A DNA stretch of 64,000 bases from Podarcis melisellensis (lineage: Eukaryota). The stretch lies in assembly GCA_964234715.1 (NCBI GenBank), contig OZ174279.1; one strand, written 5' to 3'. This document shows positions 63,328 to 64,000 of the stretch, piece after piece; position 1 is the stretch's first letter; every line of letters begins with the position of its first letter. Made by a program: the position numbers and the translations under genes. The notes beneath the pieces are model-generated. The model ran no database searches. It was given only the letters and a program-made list of their open reading frames with translations, and was not told the DNA's origin.

Positions 63328-63420
63328 TTATTTCTGTGTCACGGCTGGAGTTTGCTTCTTAGGCCTCAGTTTAAAATACAGGATGATACTTGCAACCGTT
63401 GCATATGTAGCTATAACATA
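63328..63420 (-). CDS. ATP5MK: ATP synthase membrane subunit k (DAPIT/USMG5), last coding exon; earlier exons lie beyond the window
   Basis: YVIATYATVASIILYFKLRPKKQTPAVTQK* matches the DAPIT TM/C-terminus; donor GG|GTAAGT 5 nt after the stop; expected position after TAF5. Confidence 0.9.
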   Translation of the reverse strand, partial: YVIATYATVASIILYFKLRPKKQTPAVTQK

Positions 63421-64000
63421 CTAAAGACAGAAAAGGGTATTATTCCTCAGATCAAACACATTTCAAAGGGTTGTTTTTCTGTTATTTAAGTGCAGGAAAG
63501 AGAGAAATGAATTATTAAAAGTACCTGAGTTTATTAAAGCCCAAATCTGACAGGAAGGCAGGGCTGGCCACCTGTCAAATCACCTAATGTAATAATGTTA
63601 TCAGGTGACACCACCTTGGGTGCTAAGACATCACCTTCTGAAGTGTGTTCCAAGGAGATTTCATTTAAACTTCTTAGAAACACTTTCAAAGTGAAGGCCA
63701 CACCACAGGATACCAGAGGCAGGGCAAGTGGTTTGTGGAATAGAGCCTTGCAAACCAAATTAGGATCCCTGCCAAGCCTAATTCGGTCTGTGTGCCAGAT
63801 GTTCCCACCATACACATTCCCAAATCAATTCAGGAACTTTTGAGAATCAACTTCTTTGTTTCTTAGCAGTTATTTAACTGGACACTTACATTTCTTCTGC
63901 CTGTTATGGTGTAGGTATTGAAGTATTTATGAAACCCTGTGAATTGGTGTTGTGACCCAGCATCGTGTCCTGCCATCACTATTAGTCCTAGATTTTAAAA

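Overview
Vertebrate genomic DNA from a squamate reptile. Sauria SINEs, CR1/L2/L1 relics and many hAT and Tc1/pogo MITEs point to a lizard, probably a lacertid. The window holds the conserved block INA(+), PCGF6(-), TAF5(+), ATP5MK(-, last two exons only). I could trace the full exon structures of INA (3 exons, 482 aa), PCGF6 (10 exons, 331 aa) and TAF5 (11 exons, ~805 aa) by hand, with consistent GT-AG phases. Non-routine content: (1) an intact, intronless ELOB retrocopy with poly(A) signal, A-tail and a perfect 16-bp target-site duplication (TSD); (2) three young Penelope-like insertions with minimal type I hammerhead ribozyme sequence (two intact motifs, one mutated, one truncated), whose breakpoints all fall at the ribozyme and two of which share a similar target site; (3) a three-MITE nest; (4) an AT-hook-like RGRPRK motif and a poly-Ala tract in PCGF6; (5) a wide-spaced RE1/NRSE candidate upstream of INA. 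Comparisons to human sequences are from memory, not database searches.
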